A stretch of DNA of 64,000 bases, taken from the IMG/VR virus record IMGVR_UViG_3300028364_000014, positions 173,911 through 237,910 of that record; one strand, written 5' to 3'. A model generated the notes under the pieces. The model was not told the origin of the DNA, made no database searches, and was given only the letters and a program-made list of their open reading frames with translations. The translations under genes and the position numbers were made by a program. Below, one piece after another: positions 1 to 9,682 of this stretch. The stretch's first letter is position 1; every line of letters starts with the position of its first letter.

Positions 1-93
1 ATAAGTAACCCAGGACCAATACGCCTTACAGCTTCGTCTTTTTTTATCGAGTCAGACAAAGTAATCTCCTATCCCTTTTTTAACTTCATTAAT

Positions 94-121
94 AATATAA
101 TACTTTTTCCTAAGTTGTCAA
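94..121 (-). promoter_or_regulatory. sigma70-like promoter TTGACA-N16-TATATT overlapping the 3' end of the YqeY gene
   Basis: + strand aatata 94-99 and tgtcaa 116-121; same geometry as 13 other copies. Confidence 0.75.
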
Positions 122-550
122 GTAATTATTTTTACTACTAACGCAACGTTCCATAAGCACCAATCTAACTAAGTTCCCATCAGCACTTCCTTTTAGCTCT
201 GACATAATAAAACCCATTGCTTTTATAGGAGTAGCATAAGAATCAAAGTCAACATTATTAAATATCCAACTCTCTATTTCTTTTTCTGTCATCATAGCAG
301 GTATAAAACTTTTCAATATATTTAGGTATTCAGATTTAGATTCATCAACCCCTGAATACTCTAAAACAATGAGCTCTGATTTAATTAACTTAGTAATAAT
401 ACCATTAATGTCGTCTTTAGTTACTTCTTCCCCTTTCTTCTTATTTAACCTAGGAATTTCCCCTAAGATCATCCTCAATGTGTATTTCTTATTAATATCT
501 TTAGCCTTAGTAGCTTTTTTTAGCATCACCTTTAAATCTTTTTCTTTCAT
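110..550 (-). CDS. GatB/YqeY domain protein
   Basis: LRMILGEI...KLIKSE...YLP/FIP-like MMTEKEI...MGFIM...ADG pattern of the YqeY family; 146 aa. Confidence 0.75.
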   Translation of the reverse strand: MKEKDLKVMLKKATKAKDINKKYTLRMILGEIPRLNKKKGEEVTKDDINGIITKLIKSELIVLEYSGVDESKSEYLNILKSFIPAMMTEKEIESWIFNNVDFDSYATPIKAMGFIMSELKGSADGNLVRLVLMERCVSSKNNYLTT

Positions 551-586
551 AATTATTCCTTTAGTATATATTTAAACTTTACACAT

Positions 587-614
587 AATATAATACATTT
601 ATTCAACTTGTCAA
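587..614 (-). promoter_or_regulatory. sigma70-like promoter TTGACA-N16-TATATT
   Basis: aatata 587-592, tgtcaa 609-614; intergenic, upstream of YqeY. Confidence 0.8.
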
Positions 615-622
615 GTAATTAT

Positions 623-1159
623 TTAAGAATCTGGGGTTTCAGAAACTACTGAGTTATCATCCGTATTTACTGAGTTATCATCTACTGCACTCGAATGATC
701 GTCTATAATAGTTGAATTATCATCGGTGTATTCTGACTTATCAGTTGTACTATGGTCTGAATGATTAGAACTATCTGGATTATAACTATCTTTATAAGTT
801 GTGTCCCCACTACTAGCATTAATCACACGTTCTAAAGCCTTACCTCCCTCTCTAATACCAAACACAGTACCTACGGATGTAATAGCTGTATTAACTGATT
901 TCCAAGCTGGGTGTGGTGGAGGATTATAAGGAGCCAATCTAATAACCTTACGTTCAGGATACATTTTTATCCCTTCTATTCTCCCATCTTCCCCTATTTG
1001 AAGGTCAATTAACGGTTTTGGTTCTTGATTTATTTGAGTAAGCATGGCTTGTTGATACGCGGCATAATTCGGGTCTATTAATGCGGTATTTCTCGAAGTA
1101 CATGATGGAAGTATAAATACAGATAATAAACAACCAATTAAAAAATAGTACCTTATCAT
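623..1159 (-). CDS. putative lipoprotein with Asp/Ser-rich heptad-repeat tail
   Basis: Signal peptide with lipobox-like LPSC; C-terminal DD(N/H)S repeats at 7-aa period. Confidence 0.6.
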   Translation of the reverse strand: MIRYYFLIGCLLSVFILPSCTSRNTALIDPNYAAYQQAMLTQINQEPKPLIDLQIGEDGRIEGIKMYPERKVIRLAPYNPPPHPAWKSVNTAITSVGTVFGIREGGKALERVINASSGDTTYKDSYNPDSSNHSDHSTTDKSEYTDDNSTIIDDHSSAVDDNSVNTDDNSVVSETPDS

Positions 1160-1195
1160 TTTATCACCCCCTTTCTTTTTGTAAGCTTTTAAATA

Positions 1196-1600
1196 CTAAC
1201 TTATTTCTCCTTCATATTGTCCCTCCCCAAAATGGTTTTTGTTTTTAGATCTTCTATGTTTACCGTCCGGAACAGTAGTCCCATCAGTATCTTCAGACGG
1301 TCTATTTCCTGAATCAGCCTCATGAAAATGTTCTTTATTTAAATCAGCGTGATTATTAGTCTCCGCTTGTCTAGAAAATTCCCTCTTACGTATAGAAGGG
1401 TCTGTCATTTCATCTATATCACGCGTAGTTTTATCTACTGGATTCACTTTAGTATTACAATTTCCTCCTACTACTTTTGTATAATCATGTTGTTTTCGTT
1501 GAATACCTGTAGTGTGTTTTCTATTGCCACCAAAATCTCCATCACTAGAATCACTAGATGAATTATTAACTGGATTATCATTAGGACTTAAAAAATTCAT
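1196..1600 (-). CDS. hypothetical hydrophilic, probably disordered protein
   Basis: 134 aa ORF with GGAG RBS; D/N/S/K/R-rich. Confidence 0.55.
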   Translation of the reverse strand: MNFLSPNDNPVNNSSSDSSDGDFGGNRKHTTGIQRKQHDYTKVVGGNCNTKVNPVDKTTRDIDEMTDPSIRKREFSRQAETNNHADLNKEHFHEADSGNRPSEDTDGTTVPDGKHRRSKNKNHFGEGQYEGEIS

Positions 1601-1612
1601 AGTATTACTCCT

Positions 1613-2194
1613 TTATTTTCGTTCTATTATTTCTTTACACCACGATAAATCATCAATAAATTTTTTATAAACTTTGTGCTTAATTCCTCCCAATCTTACT
1701 AGATAAGATGGGTGATAAGTAACTACTATACTTATTTTCTCTGTGAATTTATATCGTTTGCCCCGCATAGAACTAAGAGAAGTAGAAGGTGTTTTATTTA
1801 ATAGGGCTCTGCTTACGTCACCTCCAAGCGCTAGTATAATCATAGGCTCTATAGCATTTATTTGTTCTACTAAATAAGGAAAACAATTATTTATCCATTC
1901 TTCTTCTAATTTAAAACCGGGTTGAATAAAGCATTTAATTAAGTTTGTTATATAAACATCCCGTAAGGATAATTCAGAATCAATTAATGCTTTATCCAAC
2001 AACTTACCCGATCTTCCTATAAAAGGTAATCCAGCTTTATTTGTTATTGTATTTTCATCAGCTCCAGGACACATACCACATATCATTATCTTAGAATATG
2101 GATTTCCTTTAGCAAACACTAAGGATGCACGTGTTTTATATAAATCACATTTTTTACAAAATTTAATTTTTTCTTGTAGCTTGTTTAATTTCAT
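1613..2194 (-). CDS. uracil-DNA glycosylase superfamily protein (family 4-like, Fe-S cysteines) with atypical motif A (GMCPG)
   Basis: CKKC, PFIGRSGKLL, YITNLIKC, later Cys, YHPSY. Confidence 0.85.
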   Translation of the reverse strand: MKLNKLQEKIKFCKKCDLYKTRASLVFAKGNPYSKIMICGMCPGADENTITNKAGLPFIGRSGKLLDKALIDSELSLRDVYITNLIKCFIQPGFKLEEEWINNCFPYLVEQINAIEPMIILALGGDVSRALLNKTPSTSLSSMRGKRYKFTEKISIVVTYHPSYLVRLGGIKHKVYKKFIDDLSWCKEIIERK

Positions 2195-2217
2195 CTTACC
2201 CTACTTATAACAAATAA

Positions 2218-2766
2218 TTAAGAAAAGAATAACCCATAAAAAGGATTAACTAATTTTTCAGGTGTGCTCATATCCATCCAGCCTATTAAAACGCCTTTGT
2301 TTGAAACACATCGTTTGGCCGCGGCTACTAAATCCGCAATCATAGGCAATGTTTCATTAGTAATACGAGAATAACAATCAAGAAAAATAAAATCAAATTT
2401 TTGTTTAGTAGTGTATAGATAAGTAATATAGTTTTCCCTTACAGCGGTTAGCCTTTCATCATAAATTATACCATAATCTACTTGACTGTTTATAATATCT
2501 AAAGACTCTTCAACTACCGTTAATTTTTTCACCTTATTTAAAGATAGAATATATTTAGTAGCAACCCCGAGACCTAAACCTAGTACTAAACAATTACCAA
2601 AAGGCTTACTACTAATTTGCCATATATAGTCACTTAATTCTCGGTCGGAATAAATAAGTTGTTTATCTTGTTCCATGAATAACTCGTTATTCATACTATA
2701 AACTTTAATATTACCGTGTTGTGACACTAAATCACCTTCTATGTAATGAAAACTACCTTGGTCCAT
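2218..2766 (-). CDS. class I SAM-dependent methyltransferase-like protein (spermidine synthase-like fold)
   Basis: LVLGLGLG motif I, TVVE, FDFIFLDCY. Confidence 0.65.
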   Translation of the reverse strand: MDQGSFHYIEGDLVSQHGNIKVYSMNNELFMEQDKQLIYSDRELSDYIWQISSKPFGNCLVLGLGLGVATKYILSLNKVKKLTVVEESLDIINSQVDYGIIYDERLTAVRENYITYLYTTKQKFDFIFLDCYSRITNETLPMIADLVAAAKRCVSNKGVLIGWMDMSTPEKLVNPFYGLFFS

Positions 2767-2797
2767 AACGGTCTCCTACAAGTATTAAATTATATTA

Positions 2798-3157
2798 TTA
2801 AGTGAATTTCATTTCTTTTAGTTTTAAATTATCTGCAAATGTAAAAACTATACGTAACTCAGCACCGTTAGTTAAATCCTCATTATAAACTGTGTATGAC
2901 TCATATACTTCTTTAATTGGATTAAAATATCTGGTGCCCATATTACATTCTTTTGCTACACTCAATAAGTTATCAAGGTACTCATTAACTCGTTCCTTTA
3001 CAGAGAGTTCCCATTGTTCCTCAGAAGTAAGTAAAGCCTCAGTTTCCACAATTTTTTCCTTTTTTTTAGGTGGTATTGTTTTAGCATAGGACTCTTTAAT
3101 TACTTTTTTCTTAGTAATATTCTCAGTATTTGATTCTTTAGATGTAAGTTTTGTCAT
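2798..3157 (-). CDS. hypothetical protein
   Basis: 119 aa ORF within the co-directional gene array. Confidence 0.55.
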   Translation of the reverse strand: MTKLTSKESNTENITKKKVIKESYAKTIPPKKKEKIVETEALLTSEEQWELSVKERVNEYLDNLLSVAKECNMGTRYFNPIKEVYESYTVYNEDLTNGAELRIVFTFADNLKLKEMKFT

Positions 3158-3159
3158 AA

Positions 3160-3654
3160 TTAATTTCCTTTATTGGTTTTATCCAGTAACTTTTTAGCTT
3201 TTTCTGTTTCTTGTTCTTGATCATACACATCTGTAGTCAAACGAACAAGTTTTCTAGCCCATTCCGGATCATCCTCATTTCTTTTTATTTCTTGATAAAA
3301 ATCCTCAATTTCGTGCCCTACAATTTTAGCTTTGTCTTTTTCATCAATATAAATATGCTGCAATTCGTGAGAAATAATTCTTTGTTTGTCTTTTAAACTG
3401 GCTAAATCCCATGCCCTTTTATCTACAAATAAAATATAATCATATCCCTCTTCAGCAGTATTATCAGTAGTAAAAAATTTAATTTTAGCAGAGGCTAGCT
3501 CAATACAAGCTAGTACCATAGCGCCACCGCTCACTTTTTTCTTTAAGTCATAAACTAGTTTAAATTTTAAATAATTATACTGAGGGAATCTTTCAGCTAG
3601 TATATAATAAAATACTTTCTCTAGATCTTCATCCGATGTTTGATATCTTAACAT
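3160..3654 (-). CDS. putative phage metallopeptidase-domain protein
   Basis: HELQH zinc motif followed by GHEIEDF. Confidence 0.65.
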   Translation of the reverse strand: MLRYQTSDEDLEKVFYYILAERFPQYNYLKFKLVYDLKKKVSGGAMVLACIELASAKIKFFTTDNTAEEGYDYILFVDKRAWDLASLKDKQRIISHELQHIYIDEKDKAKIVGHEIEDFYQEIKRNEDDPEWARKLVRLTTDVYDQEQETEKAKKLLDKTNKGN

Positions 3655-3667
3655 AATTTAATACCTT

Positions 3668-3892
3668 TTAATTATTACTTCGTTGATTAAAATGCTCCGC
3701 CAAATTTATCAAACTGTCTGGGGAAGCAGGACCAAATTGTTTATTATTATTTCTATTATTTTTTTTATTACTATTTTTATAATGAGGATTTCCATTACTA
3801 TCGTAACAAATTTTTACTGTTTTGCCATTTTTTAACTTTTTTATTACTATCTTTCCACCGTCTTTTGCACACTCACTAAAATTTTTAACCAT
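3668..3892 (-). CDS. small hypothetical protein
   Basis: 74 aa, AGGAG RBS, C...GG...ICY pattern. Confidence 0.55.
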   Translation of the reverse strand: MVKNFSECAKDGGKIVIKKLKNGKTVKICYDSNGNPHYKNSNKKNNRNNNKQFGPASPDSLINLAEHFNQRSNN

Positions 3893-3955
3893 TTAGTTCT
3901 CCTTAATTAATAATAAAATCTTTTCTTACTGTATAAATATGTTTACTAACAAACC

Positions 3956-5749
3956 TCAAGGAAAATCTATATGGGTTAACTTATTTGCAACCTCAGGTTC
4001 TAACACCCAATAAATTTTAGCTGTATCCGAACTTCCTTTTAGTAATTGAACATTGCCAGTAACTAGTCCACGTTTAATGAGATTAAGTATAGAATCAGCA
4101 CTTTCTGTACAATTATTTGCAAATCCTAATACATTAGTACACTCACCAAATTCATTAAATATAGGTGTTTTTCTTACTCTTAAAATAAACCACTTTGAAT
4201 TACCCTTTTTATGCTCAATGTATCCAGCTTCTATATAATCACAAGGACAGCCTTGATCAATGCAATGCTGATCAGTAATAATACTTATGTCTTTAAATCC
4301 GTGTTCCCTGCCGTTCTTTTTAAACGATTGTAATAACTCTGAGGTAGTTTTACCAACCACTTCTTTACAAGTAGGACCACTTGTTGTTTTAATACCATAA
4401 AAATCTGTACAAAAACTAGAATCTATAAAGGCATATTCAAATTCCTCATTAGCACCGCGCTCTTTATCCCATATATATCCATCCACCGCCTCTGTTAAAA
4501 AATTAATTCTATTATAGGCACTAACCATTTTATTATAATACACTTCTCTATTTAATTTTTCATTCTTTAAATCAGTAATATCTCTTAAATGCTCAATTAC
4601 TTTAACTACTTGACCTTCTTCGTTTAAAATAGGATAAGATCTACAGTCGTACCAACCTTCGAGCCTTTCAATATATCTTTCAAGTTTTTCTGGTTTCTTA
4701 CTTATTTTACACTTAGCTGTTTGGCAGTCATCACAAGGAGCAGTACGACCTATTAACTCATAACACCTACGCTTAACTACAGTAGATTGGTCCTCACCAA
4801 ACATAGCTAAACCGGCTTTATTATAGGCTAATATATTACTATGAGCATCTTGTACACCTATTACATCAGGTATAGCGTCTAATATTCCTTTTATTAGGGC
4901 ACTTGTTTCATCGATTTCTTGTTGTATTAAAACACTCTTCGTAATATCTTGAACTGTACCTACGGATTTTATAGGGCAACCTTCTACAGTATATTCTGTT
5001 TCACACCATCCTACAACATACTTCAAGCGTCCATCAGGCATTGCCAATCTGTATGTAGTAATATAAGGGGTTTTATTGTCTAAAGAATTAATATAGGCAT
5101 CAGATATTTTGTCCCGATCCTCATGATAAACTGATGTTACAAACATACTCCATAAATTTATAGAAGTGTCTTCTTCTACTTCAAATATTTTATACATTTC
5201 ATCTGACCATATTAATTTACCGGGACATGCACCTTCTTTCCAAACATTATTTGGTGCAAGCAAAGACCAGCTACCTATCAAAGCCATTCTTTGTGATTCA
5301 GCTAGTAGATACGACATATCTTGAATTTTTGTATCCGCCTGTCTAATTTTAGTTATATCCTCAATAATAAACATATAACCAATTGTTACATCTCTGTCAT
5401 CCTTTATAGTAGACTTAGTCATATTAAACCATTTATTTATAGCTTGAATATAAAAGGAATCAAATGTATGTGGCTTGTTAATAGCAGGCTCAATTATTTC
5501 ACACTCTTCAGTTATAATTTGATTATTATATAAACCACTTAATTTTTTATTTATGAGTTCTTTTTGGGGGATATCTAAAAAAGCTAAGAAGGGTTTATTA
5601 ACAAATTTAATTTTACAAGAAGGATTAACAATGCAAATAAATTCCTTTACTGAATCGAATGCATATTTCCAGGAATCAGTCTGGTCTTTTAGATAACCAT
5701 TAGTAGTTAGAGTTCTAGTTAGATCTCTAAGTTTATTTAATTCATCCAT
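3956..5749 (-). CDS. multi-PAS/PAC domain protein with no recognisable output domain
   Basis: PAS-like segments at about aa 25-135, 150-270 (IGSW...WSDEMYKIF...VYHEDR...YRL..PDG..KYV), 285-395 (ILDAIPDVIGVQD...YN...G..CY) and a divergent fourth. Confidence 0.85.
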   Translation of the reverse strand: MDELNKLRDLTRTLTTNGYLKDQTDSWKYAFDSVKEFICIVNPSCKIKFVNKPFLAFLDIPQKELINKKLSGLYNNQIITEECEIIEPAINKPHTFDSFYIQAINKWFNMTKSTIKDDRDVTIGYMFIIEDITKIRQADTKIQDMSYLLAESQRMALIGSWSLLAPNNVWKEGACPGKLIWSDEMYKIFEVEEDTSINLWSMFVTSVYHEDRDKISDAYINSLDNKTPYITTYRLAMPDGRLKYVVGWCETEYTVEGCPIKSVGTVQDITKSVLIQQEIDETSALIKGILDAIPDVIGVQDAHSNILAYNKAGLAMFGEDQSTVVKRRCYELIGRTAPCDDCQTAKCKISKKPEKLERYIERLEGWYDCRSYPILNEEGQVVKVIEHLRDITDLKNEKLNREVYYNKMVSAYNRINFLTEAVDGYIWDKERGANEEFEYAFIDSSFCTDFYGIKTTSGPTCKEVVGKTTSELLQSFKKNGREHGFKDISIITDQHCIDQGCPCDYIEAGYIEHKKGNSKWFILRVRKTPIFNEFGECTNVLGFANNCTESADSILNLIKRGLVTGNVQLLKGSSDTAKIYWVLEPEVANKLTHIDFP

Positions 5750-5755
5750 TTTTAT

Positions 5756-6247
5756 CTAAGCTCCTATCCAAGCTTTAATTGCATCTTTAAAGACCATTAA
5801 CACCCCCGTAGCCATTACTCCTAACAAAGAAGTTACACCTATAGTAATCATAGCTATATAAGCGGTCAATTTAGTGCCTATTGCCGTTTGATTAATCGAT
5901 AATACATCCACTTTATTATCCAAACATTTAAAATCCTCTTTACAAAAAACATTTAATTGCCTTTCTACAGCCCTTATTATACATTGTAACCTAGTTTCTA
6001 ATTTTTCTAACTCTTTAGAACTAATAGCCGCATTAGCTTTCAAATCCAGTAAAAGATCTTCTTTAAGTTTTATAAGTTCTTGATGGATTTTATCTCTGTC
6101 TTTTTGTGATTGTCTAGAAGTTTCAGCTATCTGCTCATGAAGCCTATTAAGGGTTTCAAATACATAAGAAAACCATTGTTTTTTCATAATCTCGGCTTCT
6201 TCTAAATGCATGTGCACAATTGGATCAGAGAAATGATCTTCCCTCAT
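5756..6247 (-). CDS. coiled-coil protein with one C-terminal transmembrane helix (holin/XhlA-like architecture)
   Basis: Heptad-rich N-terminus; hydrophobic LTAYIAMITIGVTSLLGVMATGVLMVF. Confidence 0.55.
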   Translation of the reverse strand: MREDHFSDPIVHMHLEEAEIMKKQWFSYVFETLNRLHEQIAETSRQSQKDRDKIHQELIKLKEDLLLDLKANAAISSKELEKLETRLQCIIRAVERQLNVFCKEDFKCLDNKVDVLSINQTAIGTKLTAYIAMITIGVTSLLGVMATGVLMVFKDAIKAWIGA

Positions 6248-6263
6248 TACAGGTTATTTCCCC

Positions 6264-6464
6264 TTATGATTTGATTAACTTCTTACCACAACAGGGACAA
6301 AACGACATGGGTATACAGTATCTACTCACGTGAGTTATCCCGTCCTGGTCTTCTAGGTGTGTCCATTGAATATACCATTTATTAACGTCTGGATACCAAT
6401 AAAAAACCTCACTATAGTTTCTAACATAAGACTCAAAAATCTCACAACAAAAAGCATGTTTCAT
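6264..6464 (-). CDS. small Cys-containing hypothetical protein
   Basis: 66 aa with CC and FCPCCG. Confidence 0.55.
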   Translation of the reverse strand: MKHAFCCEIFESYVRNYSEVFYWYPDVNKWYIQWTHLEDQDGITHVSRYCIPMSFCPCCGKKLIKS

Positions 6465-6486
6465 TTTTTTTTAATCCTTAATTATA

Positions 6487-7026
6487 TTAATGTACACTTC
6501 CTCCACCAACATAAGGAGTAAAATCGTATTTGCCACCTAGAGAACGCCAACCTTCAGTAGGCCAATTCTTACCGGCAACCATACCACTTATAGTAACATT
6601 AGTATCCATAACATCAAAGCCAGGAAGTTCCATAGTAGCTCCAGTAGTACCAGACCCGCTAACAGTAGTAGCTGACAAACCTAGTCTAAAAAACTGGTCA
6701 TCTCTAACTCTATTTATTGTAGAGCCAACTATATAAGGATTATGATCAACATTGATCGCCCTACCACCAATATTTTGACCCATCCCAGTATCCTCCGTAA
6801 TAACATTGTGATCTAACAAGTTATCTTTTGATTCAAAATCAAGAACTGTTCTGGTATAATCCGCACCCATCCTATCTCCAACATTTAATGCGCCAAAATT
6901 AGCAATCTTTGAATCGAAAGTACGCCTGATAGAAGTACTTGTATCGGTTCTAGCAACACCAGACGCCGTAAGTTCAACCTCACTAACTCCTGTAGCATCT
7001 ATTTGATAAAAATCATACTCACTCAT
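6487..7026 (-). CDS. hypothetical, possibly structural protein with three T[AVI]SG motifs
   Basis: 179 aa, AGGAG RBS, G/T/D/S-rich. Confidence 0.55.
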   Translation of the reverse strand: MSEYDFYQIDATGVSEVELTASGVARTDTSTSIRRTFDSKIANFGALNVGDRMGADYTRTVLDFESKDNLLDHNVITEDTGMGQNIGGRAINVDHNPYIVGSTINRVRDDQFFRLGLSATTVSGSGTTGATMELPGFDVMDTNVTISGMVAGKNWPTEGWRSLGGKYDFTPYVGGGSVH

Positions 7027-7106
7027 AATATTTCTCCTTTATATTTTTTAATGAGGGCTACTCCCTCTATATATAGTATAGTACATAAAACAATAAATCT
7101 CAGATT

Positions 7107-8078
7107 TTATTTAAAATTATACAGTCTTACTTTAACTTTACTATTATTTAATAAAAATTCTGAGTTATCATCATAAAAGGTTACACCGGTTACTACCACT
7201 TCTGAAATGCCGGCGTTAATTATCTTAATAATGCATCTAAAACACGGTATTCCGCAACTTAAATAAAGAGTAGCTCCTTTAGTAGCTATACCATGCCAAG
7301 CAGCATTCAAGATTGCATTTTCTTCTGCATGACCTGCTATACATATGTCCAACATCTCACCGGATTTAGCGCCCATAGAGTGTCTAGGGCATATTGGATT
7401 ACATGGATCAATAGGTTTAATTACCTTATCTTTGTACTTATTTATAAAATTAGAATCTAACTCCCATCTACGCTCACAGCTTGGTATCCCTCTAGGAGGT
7501 CCATTATATCCAGTACTTACTATACTTTTATCTTTAACTAGGACAGCCCCTATTCGTCTAGATAAACACTTAGAATGTCTTGCTGCTTGTCTACACACAT
7601 TAAAAAAATACTCATCCCAGTTTTTAACTGGAGGGTCGGTAATAGAATAAACATCTACTGGGTTATTTAATAATTTATCCTTATCTTCATCAGTAACCAA
7701 CTCAACCGGTAAATGTAGCTTCTGAGCAGTAACTTCTGCTACAAAATCCCTACGTTTTTGTATAAAAGCACTAATACCTGTTACTTTAGTCATTATTAAA
7801 TATTTCAAAGTTAATGATAGTATAAATTTATCCAAAATTTCTTTGTCATCATGTAATCTTTCAATTAAAGTATCTTTAATTTCATTATAAGCTTCAGTAA
7901 AAGAATACCCTACTTCTTTTGATACTTTTAATATATTAGCTACGTCAATTATAACAGTAGAATCAAAAGTTAATATAAAACTATCGATTTTTTTTAAAGT
8001 TCTTTCTGTTACTGGACCTTTAAAATACTTATGAAATAAGGTCTTAAAAAAATCATCTAAAATTAATTGGTTTATCAT
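7107..8078 (-). CDS. dCMP deaminase with ~145-aa N-terminal extension
   Basis: WDEYF, SKCLSRRIGAVLV, GYNGPPRG, HAEENA, PCFRC. Confidence 0.85.
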   Translation of the reverse strand: MINQLILDDFFKTLFHKYFKGPVTERTLKKIDSFILTFDSTVIIDVANILKVSKEVGYSFTEAYNEIKDTLIERLHDDKEILDKFILSLTLKYLIMTKVTGISAFIQKRRDFVAEVTAQKLHLPVELVTDEDKDKLLNNPVDVYSITDPPVKNWDEYFFNVCRQAARHSKCLSRRIGAVLVKDKSIVSTGYNGPPRGIPSCERRWELDSNFINKYKDKVIKPIDPCNPICPRHSMGAKSGEMLDICIAGHAEENAILNAAWHGIATKGATLYLSCGIPCFRCIIKIINAGISEVVVTGVTFYDDNSEFLLNNSKVKVRLYNFK

Positions 8079-8091
8079 CTACTACTTATCC

Positions 8092-8346
8092 TTAAGTTAT
8101 ATTATTATCAATAATTATTGGCCAATAATAATCTACATCATTATTATCTTTACCTAGTCTTATTCTTTCTTCTTCCGTATCATACTGCATAATCTTGAGT
8201 CTTTTTTTATCGTTACATATTGGGCAAGTAATATCTAACACCATAATCAAACTACCTGACCTTGGTCTGAAGATACACTCCCCCTGTACTCCACAATCAC
8301 ATGAGTATTTAATCGTGTCGCCGTCTGTTTTAATTATTTTTAGCAT
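8092..8346 (-). CDS. small Zn-finger-like protein
   Basis: CDC ... CPIC. Confidence 0.5.
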   Translation of the reverse strand: MLKIIKTDGDTIKYSCDCGVQGECIFRPRSGSLIMVLDITCPICNDKKRLKIMQYDTEEERIRLGKDNNDVDYYWPIIIDNNIT

Positions 8347-9618
8347 TTAAAATCCTTTTTCATCTATTACAATATCTTTAGGTAACTTATCTTCATGTTT
8401 TTTACTATAAGATGGAAACTGGTAAGCCCCTGTAGGAAATCTTTGTGAATAGGAAATCTCTATAACACACGGTAGTTCCCAATAATCTATTTCGCATTCA
8501 CCTTGTTTAATTTTTAGCCCTGAACCTACTCTACCTAGAGGAATTATCTTACCTACCTGATTATATTTACCTATTAAAAGACTACCGACTTTACCTTGTT
8601 TAGCACCAGTACCTTCCTTCCAATCATAAGCTACAACATCATCTTCTTTAACAGCTTTTACCTTCCAACATGCCCTTCTTGTGGGTTTTCCTGTGTAGGT
8701 AATTTCTGCATTCTCATGAGCGTGCCAAAGAACTAATCCTTCATATTGCATTTTATTTTTATCTACCCACCCATATGCCTCATTATACGAATCAAATAGT
8801 TTCTCTTTGGGTAGTATTACAGAACTATTAGCTATTAAACTTTTTGTAAGAAATCCTAACGAATCCTCATAATTTTCTTCTGTAAAGTCCTCTCTATCTG
8901 AAAACAACACATTAAAAACTACAGCTATAACTTTATGTTTTTCCTGCAAAGCTAGTGATGTTTTAATATCTTCCTTCAATTCACCATTTAAAGTGTCAGA
9001 TTTAGAGATACTTTGCATCAACTTAAACCCTTCCATATGGGATATTTTTAACTCAGGATCGATTACAAATTCAGCAATCAATAAGGTATTATACGGCAAT
9101 TTCATATCTTCTATGGTTTTTACAATGTTTAAGTACTTTTTAGTATGGTCATTAATACGTCTAGTATATATTTTAACTTCTCCTATAGAAGTTACTAAAA
9201 TATAATGACACAAACCATTATATTTTAAAAAAAACCTTGCTAACTTATCCTTAATCAATTTATTACATTTTGTTTTAGAAATACTTGTATTAGGTTTAGA
9301 ACAACAAAACTGGACAGGTAAATTATTAAAATCCATTTGATTATTATTTAAGTCTGGTAAATCATCTAAAGATTTAGCTATTTGTAACCCTTCCTTTAAT
9401 CTAGTTTCAATTAATCTAGTATAGTCAGCTTTAGCAGCCTCATCTGGGTTAAGTTCATTAGCTTTACCTCTATTAATGTAGCCATAGGTATGAAAGGTGG
9501 TTTGAATTTTTCCACCAACTAGTCCCCACTTACGGGTAATTGTATCACCAACCAATGTTAAAATGACAAATTTTACTCTCCCAGTAGAGTGATTTTGTAC
9601 TAAAATTATTTCTTCCAT
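8347..9618 (-). CDS. ATP-dependent DNA ligase with N-terminal WGR domain
   Basis: RKWGLVGG (WGR-like), KYNG motif I, YEGLVL, WKVK, OB-fold GRVGSG. Confidence 0.8.
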   Translation of the reverse strand: MEEIILVQNHSTGRVKFVILTLVGDTITRKWGLVGGKIQTTFHTYGYINRGKANELNPDEAAKADYTRLIETRLKEGLQIAKSLDDLPDLNNNQMDFNNLPVQFCCSKPNTSISKTKCNKLIKDKLARFFLKYNGLCHYILVTSIGEVKIYTRRINDHTKKYLNIVKTIEDMKLPYNTLLIAEFVIDPELKISHMEGFKLMQSISKSDTLNGELKEDIKTSLALQEKHKVIAVVFNVLFSDREDFTEENYEDSLGFLTKSLIANSSVILPKEKLFDSYNEAYGWVDKNKMQYEGLVLWHAHENAEITYTGKPTRRACWKVKAVKEDDVVAYDWKEGTGAKQGKVGSLLIGKYNQVGKIIPLGRVGSGLKIKQGECEIDYWELPCVIEISYSQRFPTGAYQFPSYSKKHEDKLPKDIVIDEKGF

Positions 9619-9654
9619 TTTATAGCTCCTTTAATTTTCCTCAATCTTACACAT

Positions 9655-9682
9655 AATATAGTACATTTTATGGATTTGTCAA
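9655..9682 (-). promoter_or_regulatory. promoter TTGACA-N16-TATATT; the HNH stop codon TGA lies inside the -35 box
   Basis: aatata 9655-9660, tgtcaa 9677-9682. Confidence 0.8.

Noticed and set aside
1-59. Possible TTG-start ORF running off the left edge (LSDSIKKDEAVRRIG...)
   Set aside because: Only 19 codons visible, too few to support a call
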